A DNA stretch of 63,641 nt, filler included, from Octopus bimaculoides (lineage: Eukaryota): assembly GCF_001194135.2 (NCBI RefSeq). It is 4 parts of 4 records of this genome, joined end to end, with 100 filler letters (N's around TTAATTAATTAA, not from the genome) between each part and the next. Parts side by side here need not be neighbours in the genome. Positions count along the whole stretch, not along the records: positions 1 to 15,699 come from NC_068989.1; 3 more parts are not named here. One strand, 5' to 3'. The notes under the pieces are model-generated. The model worked only from the letters and a program-made list of their open reading frames with translations. It was not told where the DNA came from and searched no databases. The position numbers and the translations under genes are program-made. This document shows positions 1-13,054 of the stretch, one piece after another; position 1 is the stretch's first letter, and every line of letters starts with the position of its first letter.

Positions 1-2
1 TA

Positions 3-262
3 GGTGCCATAGGTATAATAAAAAAATATTCAGACAAATACATAACAAAAACACCAGGACTTACAAATATATATAACATACAGAAAATTGCACTACTGGG
101 TACTGCACACATTCTACGCAAAACACTTTCAATACAGTAAACATAAGAGCACCACAGCAAACCACAGCACATACCCAAGGCGCACAGAGCTGCGCTCGGT
201 AGTGAAGTGAAAGCACGTTATAAAAATAAAACTACTGAATAATAATAATAATAATAATAATA
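3..262 (+). mobile_element. 3' end of an RLE-type non-LTR retrotransposon (R4/Dong-like) with a (TAA)n tail
   Basis: Frame from base 3 reads GAIGIIKKYSDKYITKTPGLTNIYNIQKIALLGTAHILRKTLSIQ*, matching the GALG...QK..L.GTA.ILRK C-terminus of restriction-like-endonuclease LINEs. A short UTR and (TAA)n follow at ~237-262. Confidence 0.8.
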
Positions 263-822
263 AAAGAGATCCTTCCAAAGTCCTATGGGTTTTTCAAGAC
301 AGACCAGGTACCTGAGTACAACAAGCCGGACCTAATTGTATTTGATAAATTAAACTACAATTGATATTGCGTGCCTATATAATACCCACAATACTTATGA
401 ATTATCATCTCAGTCATTTAAAATGCAAGCGAGATATCCGCTACAGATTTATTTCATAAAGAGTTTGACACAATGAGGTTACGATAGCTAGCAAATTGTT
501 TGTTCTCTCGCGCAAAATAATGTTAATAATCTACATATTTCCGTCTTATAAAAATTCTTCATATGCATGTGTTCTACTCAGATGACAGCATTAATCATAA
601 ATGATATATATGGAGATGCTAAGAACAGAACGGCATTGAAGAAAGCTACTAGAAGTGAGCATTGCCCACACTAAAGGTATATGCATTATTTACATTTGAC
701 GGATATTTGTCCTCATCTTGTTCGTTGTTAACACAACGTTTCGGCTGATATACCTTTCAGCCTTCATCAGGTGCCTTGGGGAAATTTTGAACCTGTGTTG
801 TCATTCCTAAGGTATTTTTCGA

Positions 823-825
<3 letters not shown>

Positions 826-863
<38 letters not shown>

Positions 864-905
864 GTATTATCATTATTATTATTATTGTCTTTGTTGTTGT
901 TGTTG

Positions 906-973
<68 letters not shown>
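826..973. repeat. (TTA)n/(TTG)n microsatellite
   Basis: Directly visible; accounts for the poly-L and poly-I ORFs at 757-1025. Confidence 0.95.
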
Positions 974-3900
974 GAGGTCACTGCTTGGAATCGAACTCGT
1001 AATCTCTAGTAGCCCGCGCTCTTAAACACTATGCCATATGCCCGTGCCTATGTGTGTATCCATGTGTGTGTGTCCACGCCTGTATGCGTGTGGGTGCGTA
1101 TGTACACGAGCATGCGTGTGCGCACGCGACTGGTTGTACGTGTGTGCGTGTATGTGTCTGTTTATGTCTGTGTATGTCTGTGTATTTTTGTGTCTATGTA
1201 TACATATGCCTAAATAGCAAACTGTTTATATCACCGAAATCTCATAGCCTCTACAGTTATGTGTGTATATCTATGTGACTGAGTATATATAAAACTTAGA
1301 AAACGTACTGTATTAAACGTTATGTGTGATACCAATTAGTCTATAAGCTGAATGTTTTGATGGCACAGTACATATTTTATGAAGGATTAGTAATTCACTG
1401 CAAGTAAGTTTATTCCCATATTGTAAATTATGGCACTTGATGGATGTAAGATAAATAATGGCGTTTAAAGAAAACGAAAAAGAACTAATACTATTATTAT
1501 TACTACTACTATTGGTAGTGGTACTGATGCTGATGCTGCTTTTCCGAAATGAGCTATAAATGCTATCAGGAAACATTAATGCACATGTGTAAATTTACTT
1601 AAATTACATATAATTTTGTGTGTGTATTATTCTGAAAGAGCTACTCACTTGTGTAAACACCACTTAAAAAGTAGAACCTGCATGAACTGGAATTTGTTAA
1701 AGTATCAGACAGTCTACGTTATGAACTGGAGTCAATCTCAAAAGTTTCAATAGGTTTACAATAACCTCTACAAAATGTGCTCACCTTAAACTAAAAGCAT
1801 TAAACCACCATTAAATACCTTTAATATTATATATTGTAGATGGTATTTAACATGCTGTTTATTTTATGTAGGTCTAATCACCACTCCGCTGAAAAATGTT
1901 TGCGTATTGACAACTCTGGAAATTATTACATTTGTTTAGTTTGAATTTTGTTTTCTCAAAATTACATTTAGCATTTTTAAGAATTCTGCATTAAGATAAA
2001 TATATACAGAAAATGTTACTAGTTTCTTGCACTGAAACTTTCAAGTGAAAGTTGATATATTTCGAAAAATGACTAATTTTAATCTAAGGGTGACAAACGT
2101 GAATTAGTTGCAATATTACTTATCCAAAGAGGATTTCATTAATAACAGTAAACGAGAAATTTTCCACAAAGTTGCTAGCTCAGCATAATTAAATGCCAGT
2201 GATAATTGTTTAAGATATATCTAGAAACAAAAGTTAAATACAGATTTGATGGTAATAAGCAATTAAAAGGTCTCCCAACACACACGCACACATATAAAAT
2301 TATAAAGTATATAGATTGTTGGAAGTGGTGTAAATAATATATATATTGAGAAAAAAATGAGGTAATAGGAGTCTTGGATAATTATTTACTTTGCCCCCTC
2401 ATCTCGTTTCGGGCAATCATCAAAACTGATATCTTTAGAGAAAATGTATGCCTTTTATATATGTTCTTTGAAAAATCTGGAGTCGCATGAGGAAGAGAAT
2501 ATTCTTTTGGTATCTATACGTGTGTGAATAAATATGTGTGGATATATATGTATGTGCGTATGTATGTATGTATGCATGTATGTACGAATCCATGTATGTA
2601 TGTATGTATGTATGTATATATGTATGTAAGTTAGTATATTTGTGGTATATTTCTGGAGGTATGGTTAGAAAGAAAAAGGAAGGACGGAAAGAAATAAACA
2701 AAAAAAAGCTAAGGGAAAGACAAGAGATCAGAAAGAAGAGCAAGAAAGAGAGAAGGAAAAGAAGAAAAAGGAGAGTAAAGCATATTTCTCCAGAAATTTG
2801 AAATTGTATTGCATCCTTAATGGCGAGTGGTTATGCTACGAAGCCGTAAAAAGGGATCATTTTCTCTGATGGTTGAAGTTGACAATTCAAGATGTCAATT
2901 TTGTTTTACTCGTAGTTTCGTCAGGTGTTTTATATATATATATATATATATNNNNNNNNNNNNNNNNNNNNNNNNNNNNNNNNNNNNNNNNNNNNNNNNN
3001 NNNNNNNNNNNNNNNNNNNNNNNNNNNNNNNNNNNNNNNNNNNNNNNNNNNNNNNNNNNNNNNNNNNNNNNNNNNNNNNNNNNNNNNNNNNNNNNNNNNN
3101 NNNNNNNNNNNNNNNNNNNNNNNNNNNNNNNNNNNNNNNNNNNNNNNNNNNNNNNNNNNNNNNNNNNNNNNNNNNNNNNNNNNNNNNNNNNNNNNNNNNN
3201 NNNNNNNNNNNNNNNNNNNNNNNNNNNNNNNNNNNNNNNNNNNNNNNNNNNNNNNNNNNNNNNNNNNNNNNNNNNNNNNNNNNNNNNNNNNNNNNNNNNN
3301 NNNNNNNNNNNNNNNNNNNNNNNNNNNNNNNNNNNNNNNNNNNNNNNNNNNNNNNNNNNNNNNNNNNNNNNNNNNNNNNNNNNNNNNNNNNNNNNNNNNN
3401 NNNNNNNNNNNNNNNNNNNNNNNNNNNNNNNNNNNNNNNNNNNNNNNNNNNNNNNNNNNNNNNNNNNNNNNNNNNNNNNNNNNNNNNNNNNNNNNNNNNN
3501 NNNNNNNNNNNNNNNNNNNNNNNNNNNNNNNNNNNNNNNNNNNNNNNNNNNNNNNNNNNNNNNNNNNNNNNNNNNNNNNNNNNNNNNNNNNNNNNNNNNN
3601 NNNNNNNNNNNNNNNNNNNNNNNNNNNNNNNNNNNNNNNNNNNNNNNNNNNNNNNNNNNNNNNNNNNNNNNNNNNNNNNNNNNNNNNNNNNNNNNNNNNN
3701 NNNNNNNNNNNNNNNNNNNNNNNNNNNNNNNNNNNNNNNNNNNNNNNNNNNNNNNTATATATATATATATATATATATATTTGTATTTGCGTAACATTTC
3801 TCTGTTTTTTTTCCGTCCTTCTTTTCGTACACATTCGCTGCTTTCTTCCAAGGAATGTAATGCTCCTAGCTGGTCAGATTCGAGCTATCTCGAGTATAGC

Positions 3901-4543
3901 CAGGCGAAATTGCAAAGATAATCTGGATCTCGACTGAGGATAGAAAACTCCGCATAATGCGTCCTTGTTTTCCTTGTATCGTTTGTTAGGAACTATTTCT
4001 ATGGTAATGACGATACAAAATGTTACTCTCACATCGTAATCAGTATGCTAAATATCTTAGTTAATCAGATTCAAATCACATGTTTTCAATTCGTTTGAAA
4101 ATGATTCAGTATTTAGAACAAAAAAATCATTATAAACGTAAGAATGCAAACACAGATTAGTAGTTACAGCTCGCTACATGCGTAGAAGGCTAATACATAT
4201 ATGATAATGATATTTTCAAGGAAGATCTGTGATAAATAACGCAATTGAAGCCAAAATATCAGCTTCAAAAGAGTCAGCATTTCATATCTTAACATACAAT
4301 GATTAACATCTCAGTAAACCATCCGAAACAAATAAAAATATATAGTAAAAATTAAAATCCTATAGAATTTTAGAAATAATGCATTCAAATATTTACATGG
4401 TTTCGCTTATAAAACTGTGTAAACAGTAATATAAAAGATGCGTTTTATACGCTGAACAAAATATTTCCTTATGTATGTGTGTGGAGGATGGTGCATTTGT
4501 GTGCGTTTGCGCGCACGTGTGTGTGTGTATGTAAATATATATG

Positions 4544-4577
<34 letters not shown>

Positions 4578-5869
4578 NNNNNNNNNNNNNNNNNNNNNNN
4601 NNNNNNNNNNNNNNNNNNNNNNNNNNNNNNNNNNNNNNNNNNNNNNNNNNNNNNNNNNNNNNNNNNNNNNNNNNNNNNNNNNNNNNNNNNNNNNNNNNNN
4701 NNNNNNNNNNNNNNNNNNNNNNNNNNNNNNNNNNNNNNNNNNNNNNNNNNNNNNNNNNNNNNNNNNNNNNNNNNNNNNNNNNNNNNNNNNNNNNNNNNNN
4801 NNNNNNNNNNNNNNNNNNNNNNNNNNNNNNNNNNNNNNNNNNNNNNNNNNNNNNNNNNNNNNNNNNNNNNNNNNNNNNNNNNNNNNNNNNNNNNNNNNNN
4901 NNNNNNNNNNNNNNNNNNNNNNNNNNNNNNNNNNNNNNNNNNNNNNNNNNNNNNNNNNNNNNNNNNNNNNNNNNNNNNNNNNNNNNNNNNNNNNNNNNNN
5001 NNNNNNNNNNNNNNNNNNNNNNNNNNNNNNNNNNNNNNNNNNNNNNNNNNNNNNNNNNNNNNNNNNNNNNNNNNNNNNNNNNNNNNNNNNNNNNNNNNNN
5101 NNNNNNNNNNNNNNNNNNNNNNNNNNNNNNNNNNNNNNNNNNNNNNNNNNNNNNNNNNNNNNNNNNNNNNNNNNNNNNNNNNNNNNNNNNNNNNNNNNNN
5201 NNNNNNNNNNNNNNNNNNNNNNNNNNNNNNNNNNNNNNNNNNNNNNNNNNNNNNNNNNNNNNNNNNNNNNNNNNNNNNNNNNNNNNNNNNNNNNNNNNNN
5301 NNNNNNNNNNNNNNNNNNNNNNNNNNNNNNNNNNNNNNNNNNNNNNNNNNNNNATATATATATATATATATATAAATAAAAAAAGGCAACACGGATTTTA
5401 ATGATTATTGCAGTATGCACGTTTGATGCTACTACATTTATTTAAGAAATAAGAATACATTAAAAAAAAAACATCTTGACATAGCCAAGGCTAGCCTGCT
5501 AGGCTTTTATGGTTTCTTCTTTCCCACTTAGATTTTAAATGTTGCCACAACAGTAAATATGTCCATTCTGCTGAAACGAAATTTTCAGTAAATTCTCTAT
5601 ATACTTGTGCAGCTGATTGCTCTGCATTTTGCATTTAATGTAATTCACACACACGCACGCACACACACACACATACACACACACACGCACGCGCACACGC
5701 ACGCACACACACACAGACACACACACGCATGCACACACACATATAAACTAACACACGCATGCATATTTCCCAATGTTGAAGTGAATCTAATTGTTTTTGT
5801 GTGCTTTTAAATGGCTTATCAACATCTCCCATGCTGCAATTCTTTTTTGTTTCAGCACACGATCTCAGA

Positions 5870-7950
5870 CCAAGTAACTTGCTATGGAAATACATCTCCG
5901 TAATAAACATACATAGTTGACATTTAAAGAAAAAAACAAGAAAAACGATGACAGGTGTATGAACAACAAGCATGTTTTTGACGTTCGGAAAAGTAGAGAA
6001 TGTCTTTTGCCGTTTGTGGATGTTTGGGTGTGTAATTGTGTGCGTCTGTAACCTGTGGATGCGTAGATAATGGATTGTGGGTGTGAGGATGAATGTGTGT
6101 GGGTGTGTGCATGTGGGTGCTGGGAAGTGGTCAGTGCTAGTGTGTGTAAAGTGGCGTGGTTTGGTGTGGTGATGTGGAGGCGTGGGGCTGTTGGTTGGGC
6201 TTGGTATCAACGAAGGGAGAAGATTGGTAGGAGTCAAGAGAGGAAATAGGTGCCAGCGGTAGAGTGGAGAGGACAGGGAAGTATGAGTGGCATCGGGTGG
6301 TATCTGGTGAGACAGAATGCAGGAGTAAGTGGATTTATGTTGTTTAGTGCGACAGAGGATCTCGTGAGAAATGTGATTTAAATGGATTAGGAATCGTAGA
6401 GCGGAATGTGCAAAGGAATGTGAAAGACAGGAGAAAAAGGTGAAATAAGCAAGAGGGAGAAGGCGGTCGAGAGCGCGTATTTTGGAGACATTAGAACAAA
6501 TCGTGCTACGCATTATACGGTAGGAATTAGTACGGAGTATGGGTAGGATGGCAGAAGCAGAGTGGAAAGTGGGGTAGAAATGAAGGCAGAAACATTTCAG
6601 GAGGAGGTGGCGGTGGAGGCAGCGACTGAGAAAGGAAAGATGATTGAGAAGCGTGATTTAAAAAAAATCAATAGGGAAATATTGATAGAAGGTTGAAAGC
6701 AGCGTGAAGGAAACGTGGAAAGCAGTTTCTTTAGGCGGTGGTGAAGGCGGAGGAGGAATGATTTGTAATAGAGCATGTTGGAAAAAGGAGAAAAAAGGAA
6801 AAAGAGAAAAAGAGAAAAGAGAAGAAAGAGAAAAAGAGAAAGAAAGGCAAAGTAATAACGTACGGAGTATGAAAGTTTATAAAAATTCAAAAGCCGAGAA
6901 AAGAAGAAAGGAAATGGAAGAAAAGGAGAGAAAAGGAGAAGAAAGAAGAGAAGTCGAAAAATAGAAGAAAAGGAGAGAGAAAGGCAAAGTAACAACGTAC
7001 GGAGTGTGAAAAAACAGACAGTTCAAAATTGTTCAGACCTCGTGGTATATTGGAGGCAGTGAAATCCGTGAAAGTATAGCCAGTAGTAATCCGAGTGGAG
7101 TGCTGACATGTAGACGAAAAGAGGTACAGAAAATTAACCTCCTACTCTTTGGACTAACAGTCCAAAGAGTAGGAGTTTAAGGCAGGATAAAACTGGGGTG
7201 ACCACGTGAGCGTATAATATATAGCTGAAATTTACAGAAAAAAACAAATGACGAAGACAGGTGTATTAGTTTGACGCTCGGGAAAGTAGAGAAATTATTC
7301 TATGTTTGCAGCGTACGCTCCTCAACAGAAAGGTATAAGAGAAAAAAAAACAGAGACTGAAATACATGTGGATTCAGCGGTATCACAGGAGAGGTAGAAA
7401 GAAGGTGAGATAATAAAGTATTGGTGATCCAATAACGAAGGTGAACTTGCGTGTGTGTGCATGCAAGAATGTGTGTGTTTGGATAGGGGCTAGTGACTTT
7501 GACGTGTTTGGGTATGTGCATGAGTATGTGTGTGCGTCTATAACGTGTGGGTGCGTGGATGATGGTGTGAGATGTTCAGATGATGGTGTGTGGTGTGGAT
7601 GCTGGGAAGTGGTCAGTGCTAGTATGTGTGGAGAGCTGTGAAGTAGTGTGATGTGGTGTGGTGGTGCACTGGTGTGGGGTGGAGTGTGGAGTTCAGGGAT
7701 GTAGGGTAGGCGTGTGGGGACTCGGAGGATGTGTGGGTAGGGTGAGGATGGAGGGGTGTAATCAATGAAGGGAGAAAGTATGTAGGCGTGAAGAGAGGCA
7801 GTAGGTGTCGGAGGAAGAGAGGAGAGGAGAGATAGGTAGGAGTGAAGAGAGGAAGTATGTGTCAGATGAAAAGAGGAGGGGAGTGCCGCCAATGTGGTGC
7901 GAATAGAGAAAATTAGAACTTGTTCACGGCGAAGGCGGTTGTCCGGATAG
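5870..7950 (-). mobile_element. Two related degenerate repeat copies (~5870-6480 and ~7230-7950) around a purine-rich tract; family uncertain, possibly Penelope-related
   Basis: Shared blocks in both copies, e.g. GGAAAAGTAGAGAA, GCTGGGAAGTGGTCAGTGCTAGT and GAAGGGAGAA. The His/Thr/Pro-rich minus-strand ORFs have no recognisable domain. Confidence 0.35.
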
Positions 7951-7989
7951 CCCCTGTCCGAACACAACCCGAATAGAGTATTGTAGTGA

Positions 7990-8323
7990 ATGAGCGGAAA
8001 TGGCAGGATGGCGACAAAGTGCAGGCGACTGGCTGGATGGATCCTGAGAACATTCAGAATCAGAGATAAGGAAACCATGATGATCCTCTGGAGGACATTC
8101 GTCCTCAGCCGCCTGGATTACTGCTCACAGCTGTGGTCACCCACCAGTGTGAAATTAACAGCAGACCTTGAAGCAATCCAGAGAAGATTCACAAAGAAGA
8201 TTGTCTCTTTGCAACTGCTCAGCTACTGGGAAAGGCTGAAACAGCTAAGACTCTACTCCCTGGAGAGAAGGCGGGAGAGGTATGCAGTAATATTCATCTG
8301 GAAGATCCTGGAAGGAATTTGCC
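7990..8323 (+). mobile_element. CR1/L2-group LINE, C-terminal part of the RT ORF
   Basis: LWRTFVLSRLDYCSQLWSP...LEAIQRRFTKKI...SYWERLKQLRLYSLERRRER; truncated by an N gap. Confidence 0.85.
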
Positions 8324-9442
8324 NNNNNNNNNNNNNNNNNNNNNNNNNNNNNNNNNNNNNNNNNNNNNNNNNNNNNNNNNNNNNNNNNNNNNNNNNNNNN
8401 NNNNNNNNNNNNNNNNNNNNNNNNNNNNNNNNNNNNNNNNNNNNNNNNNNNNNNNNNNNNNNNNNNNNNNNNNNNNNNNNNNNNNNNNNNNNNNNNNNNN
8501 NNNNNNNNNNNNNNNNNNNNNNNNNNNNNNNNNNNNNNNNNNNNNNNNNNNNNNNNNNNNNNNNNNNNNNNNNNNNNNNNNNNNNNNNNNNNNNNNNNNN
8601 NNNNNNNNNNNNNNNNNNNNNNNNNNNNNNNNNNNNNNNNNNNNNNNNNNNNNNNNNNNNNNATAAACAACAACAACAACATATATATATATATATAATT
8701 TATATATGTTTTTTTCCTTATGGGGTTTTGTCACGCTGACTACTTGATAAATTCTTATAAAGATTTTATCCTATATTATATTATAAATAATTAGAATATA
8801 TTCAGTGCTGAATATTATTCTGTAAAAGCACGTGTTACCGAGATGAGATGCAACTGGATAAAGCTAGCCTCTTTCACGGATATATAATGATGAACAGAAG
8901 TCATCGTACTGTGTTGGGTACATCGGGGTATGTTGATTTTTGTTTATTTTTTATGTGTCTCGACCATACGTGCACTGATGAACAAAAGATGCAGCTTACT
9001 TCACAGTTTTGCTGTATTAATTGTGAAACCAGTGGTTTGCCGTCAAGTTAAATGGTTTTAGGAGGTTAATTTATGAAAGTTGCAACTCCCACGCTTTCGG
9101 TAAATATGTGCTTATTTTTGGGTAGTTTTTTTTACCTATTTAGTCCCTCTAAGCGTGAGGCATTACTATATAGTTAATGCTCTTATATAAATTATATATA
9201 TTTATGGGAAAAAAAACGATGGTTTTTTTTCCTTATGGGTTTTTTTCACGCTGACTACTTGATAAATACTTATAAAGATTTTATCCTATATTATATTATA
9301 TTATATTATATATATATATATACTTGTGTATATAAGATTGACCTGTGACCGAACTGTTAAAATGCTAGAAGAAGCTCACTTAAAATAATTCTCAAATACG
9401 GATTCAGCGGAGCAAAAACAAGCGCGCTAGACCAGTGAAAAT

Positions 9443-9725
9443 TGTACATACCTCGATTATCTGCAGACTATAGTTTCAAAATCAACATTTTCAAAATAAA
9501 AATGTCTATTTATCTTCAGTACAGATTGCCGATATTTTTACAATCGAATTTTAATCTTTATAATGGATAGAATCACGTGCACGCTTTCACTAGTTGAAAA
9601 CAACTAGCACGAGATTCTGTTCGATTGTAAAAATATCGGCAATCTGTACTGAAGATAAATAGACATATTTATTTTGAAAATGTTGATTTTGAAACTATAG
9701 TCTGCAGATAATCGAGGTATGTACA
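9443..9725. mobile_element. MITE-like or foldback inverted repeat with ~106-bp arms
   Basis: 9443-9548 (TGTACATACCTCGATTATCTGCAGACTATAG...TTTTTACAATCGAA) is the near-exact reverse complement of 9620-9725. Confidence 0.8.
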
Positions 9726-10613
9726 TTNNNNNNNNNNNNNNNNNNNNNNNNNNNNNNNNNNNNNNNNNNNNNNNNNNNNNNNNNNNNNNNNNNNNNNNNN
9801 NNNNNNNNNNNNNNNNNNNNNNNNNNNNNNNNNNNNNNNNNNNNNNNNNNNNNNNNNNNNNNNNNNNNNNNNNNNNNNNNNNNNNNNNNNNNNNNNNNNN
9901 NNNNNNNNNNNNNNNNNNNNNNNNNNNNNNNNNNNNNNNNNNNNNNNNNNNNNNNNNNNNNNNNNNNNNNNNNNNNNNNNNNNNNNNNNNNNNNNNNNNN
10001 NNNNNNNNNNNNNNNNNNNNNNNNNNNNNNNNNNNNNNNNNNNNNNNNNNNNNNNNNNNNNNNNNNNNNNNNNNNNNNNNNNNNNNNNNNNNNNNNNNNN
10101 NNNNNNNNNNNNNNNNNNNNNNNNNNNNNNNNNNNNNNNNNNNNNNNNNNNNNNNNNNNNNNNNNNNNNNNNNNNNNNNNNNNNNNNNNNNNNNNNNNNN
10201 NNNNNNNNNNNNNNNNNNNNNNNNNNNNNNNNNNNNNNNNNNNNNNNNNNNNNNNNNNNNNNNNNNNNNNNNNNNNNNNNNNNNNNNNNNNNNNNNNNNN
10301 NNNNNNNNNNNNNNNNNNNNNNNNNNNNNNNNNNNNNNNNNNNNNNNNNNNNNNNNNNNNNNNNNNNNNNNNNNNNNNNNNNNNNNNNNNNNNNNNNNNN
10401 NNNNNNNNNNNNNNNNNNNNNNNNNNNNNNNNNNNNNNNNNNNNNNNNNNNNNNNNNNNNNNNNNNNNNNNNNNNNNNNNNNNNNNNNNNNNNNNNNNNN
10501 NNNNNNNNNNNNNNNNNNNNNNNNNNNNNNNNNNNNNNNNNNNNNNNNNNNNNNNNNNNNNNNNNNNNNNNNNNNNNNNNNNNNNNNNNNNATATATGTA
10601 TGTATGTATGTGT

Positions 10614-10645
<32 letters not shown>

Positions 10646-10809
10646 ATCAATGTGACGGATCCGCCCACTATCAGAACAAATAACAACGACCCATAGACTG
10701 AGGTCAAAGTGCATCCAAGAAATTGACTTTATCATATTTCTCAAAATTTATCACTGACATAATAAAAGTATGAAAGTAAAACATATTTCACAGTTACACA
10801 TCTCCTTCA

Positions 10810-11075
10810 AACGGGCCCACAACCTGTGTGACCTCTTGGTCCACAGTTTCGTCCATGACCCCACTTGCCTCATTCTTTTGCTCTCGTCACCACTGCCGCA
10901 CTTGCCCCTATATCTCCAGCAACACAGGCACCCATCAGCGTCACTATCATATCACCAACTCCTTTACCTGCTCTTCTAGCAACGTCATTTACTGCACCCC
11001 CTGCTCTTTTTGCCCTTCTCTGTACATCCGCTTGGTTGACCGGTTCGTGGAACAACTCCAAGACATCAGAGTTGG
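10810..11075 (+). mobile_element. Penelope-like element, GIY-YIG endonuclease fragment
   Basis: RAHNLCDLLVHS...CRTCPYI...SFTCSSSNVIYCTPCSFCPSLYI-RLVDRFVEQLQDIR matches the Penelope FTCTSSNVIYCI.C..C..LYIGET.RRL.DRF.EHLRDI pattern, with the GET residues deleted. Confidence 0.8.
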
Positions 11076-11124
11076 AAAGAGGTATCATCACTCATGTCGA
11101 TACCCAGGTCTCTCACTGATTTAG

Positions 11125-11480
11125 GCTCTGGGGTTGAAATTCCCTGCGGACCAGTGTACTCTGTAAGTTTCATATTCAGTTTTGGACGTTGGTAGCGGAG
11201 GGCTTGGAATTTTTCAGCATTAAACTGCATATTATTATCCTCATCCCATCTATAAACTAAGTCCAACTCCTGCTGCAGATGTGCAGCATCACTGGAGTTC
11301 TGTATTTTGTGAGAGACTTTCGTATCCTCTGCGTAGCTTGCAAGAGTGGCTCTCCGGGCACTTGAAGGTATATCTGAGAGAGCGACTATAAAAAGCAATG
11401 GTCCCAAGACAGTGCCCTGTGGAACATCGCTCATTATTTGTGTTTTCACAGAGGTGGCTCCATTCGCCACTACTGCCTGA
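11125..11480 (-). mobile_element. CR1/L2-group LINE RT core fragment (degenerate)
   Basis: VPQGTVLGPLLFI...SYAEDTK (YADD decayed)...WDEDNNMQFNAEKFQAL...VRDLGI. Confidence 0.85.
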
Positions 11481-11511
11481 CTTCTGTCTTTCAGATATAT
11501 GTATTTAATTC

Positions 11512-11855
11512 GCTGTTTCAGAGGTTCTCGCAAGGAAGCCATGGTCCCGAGGATGTGATTTCTGATGGTTTTCGGTACATGAGGAAGCCCGAAGCTGGTG
11601 AAGATGGCTTCACTTGTTTGTCAAGGTTACCCACATAACTTGTTGCCTGTACTTCTTTAATCCCTAGCTGTCACAGTCTTGGATGTGCTACAATCGGATC
11701 GCTTCTTTCTTGGTGAATAGTCTATCAGGAATCGTCTAACCGCGTCCAAATGACACCCTAACGTCTCCGCAATAACATGAAGAGAGGTGACTTTACCACT
11801 TTCCTTGATGATGACAGATTTTTCTTCATCATCAAGGCCTTTTCCACGTCCTATT
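11512..11855 (-). mobile_element. Tc1-like transposase N-terminal DNA-binding region (pseudogenised)
   Basis: GRGKGLDDEEKSVIIKESGKVTSLHVIAETLGCHLDAVRRFL...RKKRSD...IFTSFGLPHVPKTIRNHIL, with internal stops. Resembles the bipartite HTH of Tc1-family transposases. Confidence 0.6.
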
Positions 11856-12714
11856 GTTCTTAGACAGGAGGGACGGTATTAGCGTGGTTCACCTAAAAAC
11901 TGAAGAACCTGAAATAAAAAAGGATGGACGTTACACAGAATAATCAAATCCTAACAATGGTGTTGTTATTGTGTGCAAACGAGCTTGGACAAGTTTTATC
12001 AAAATCTATTTCCAGAGAAGCAAGTAATCCAAATTTTTCTCCTAAGCTATTAGCGTGTTTGTGGTGAGGCTTCCGCCACTGAAATTTCTAAGCTTCTTTC
12101 GATATTCTCTTTGTCTTCTATCCTGCGATATATTATTTAGGAGTTGTGTACGTTCCATTAGCTACCGCTTAATACGCATAAATAATAGTATAAACTGCAA
12201 TTCATACTCCGAAATTTGAAGCATGAGACGTCACTCACTTGGTCACACCACGAATCTGGATAAGTTATTCTCTAGAAAATGATTATATACATTATATGAA
12301 CATTATGCATAAAACACACTGGCCCCATATACTTATGAAAGCGGTTTTGGCAGAAACTTGGCAAACATGCCTCTCGTACCCAAATCTTAAGTGATAATAG
12401 ACTGTAGCTAATCTTCACATCCTTCTTTTACTCAGAGTTGGTGATTCGGCGATTTCCCCTCACAGCTGAACGCGCATCTGCAATGAGTTTCTCAGTTCTG
12501 CTGTTTGCGCGTCTCTCGGAACATTTGTCAATATCGACATTTTTTCGGCCATCTTGAAAAGGTTTGAACTGCTCATACACTTGTGTGTGCAGCTCCTACA
12601 CACCTCTCCATACATACACATTTTACAAATTTGCGCAGGCTTCTGAGCAGGTATCGCCATGACAACTTTCTCTGTCATGGTCAAAACTGAGTGCACGCTG
12701 CAAAGCGGCGTTCA

Positions 12715-12800
12715 TGTACCAAGTACATGTACCAAGTACATGTACCAAGTACATGTACCAAGTAAATGTACCAAGTACATGTACCAAGTACATGTACTAA
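12715..12800. repeat. 13-bp minisatellite (ACATGTACCAAGT) x ~6.5
   Basis: Directly visible tandem repeat. Confidence 0.9.
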
Positions 12801-12992
12801 GTGGCTTCCCTCAGCGTGCTTTATTTTCGTCACAATGGCAGCAGTCCCGATACTTATTGATCAGACCATGTATGCAGAAAGTCATAAATTTAGAATCCCA
12901 AGGAACATGTTTAGCGTCAAAATCAGTGAAAATCAGCAATTATATACGAATACTCATACACGAAATGAACGCCGCATAACACATTCTGCGCA

Positions 12993-13054
<62 letters not shown>

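Noticed and set aside
5635-8078. His/Thr/Pro-rich minus-strand ORFs (292 and 231 aa)
   Set aside because: They derive from two degenerate copies of a GT/GA-rich repeat plus the antisense of a LINE fragment; no domain or splice structure.
8888-8977. Possible C/D-box snoRNA (ATGATGA ... CTGA)
   Set aside because: No terminal stem or recognisable rRNA guide, and such boxes arise by chance in AT-rich DNA.
2827-10744. Long ORFs (300-370 aa) in the supplied track spanning N runs; similar ones at 17.2k, 25.8k, 30.7k, 48.4k, 58.8k and 61k
   Set aside because: They are open only because N codons are not stops; the real flanks are (TA)n/(CA)n microsatellites.
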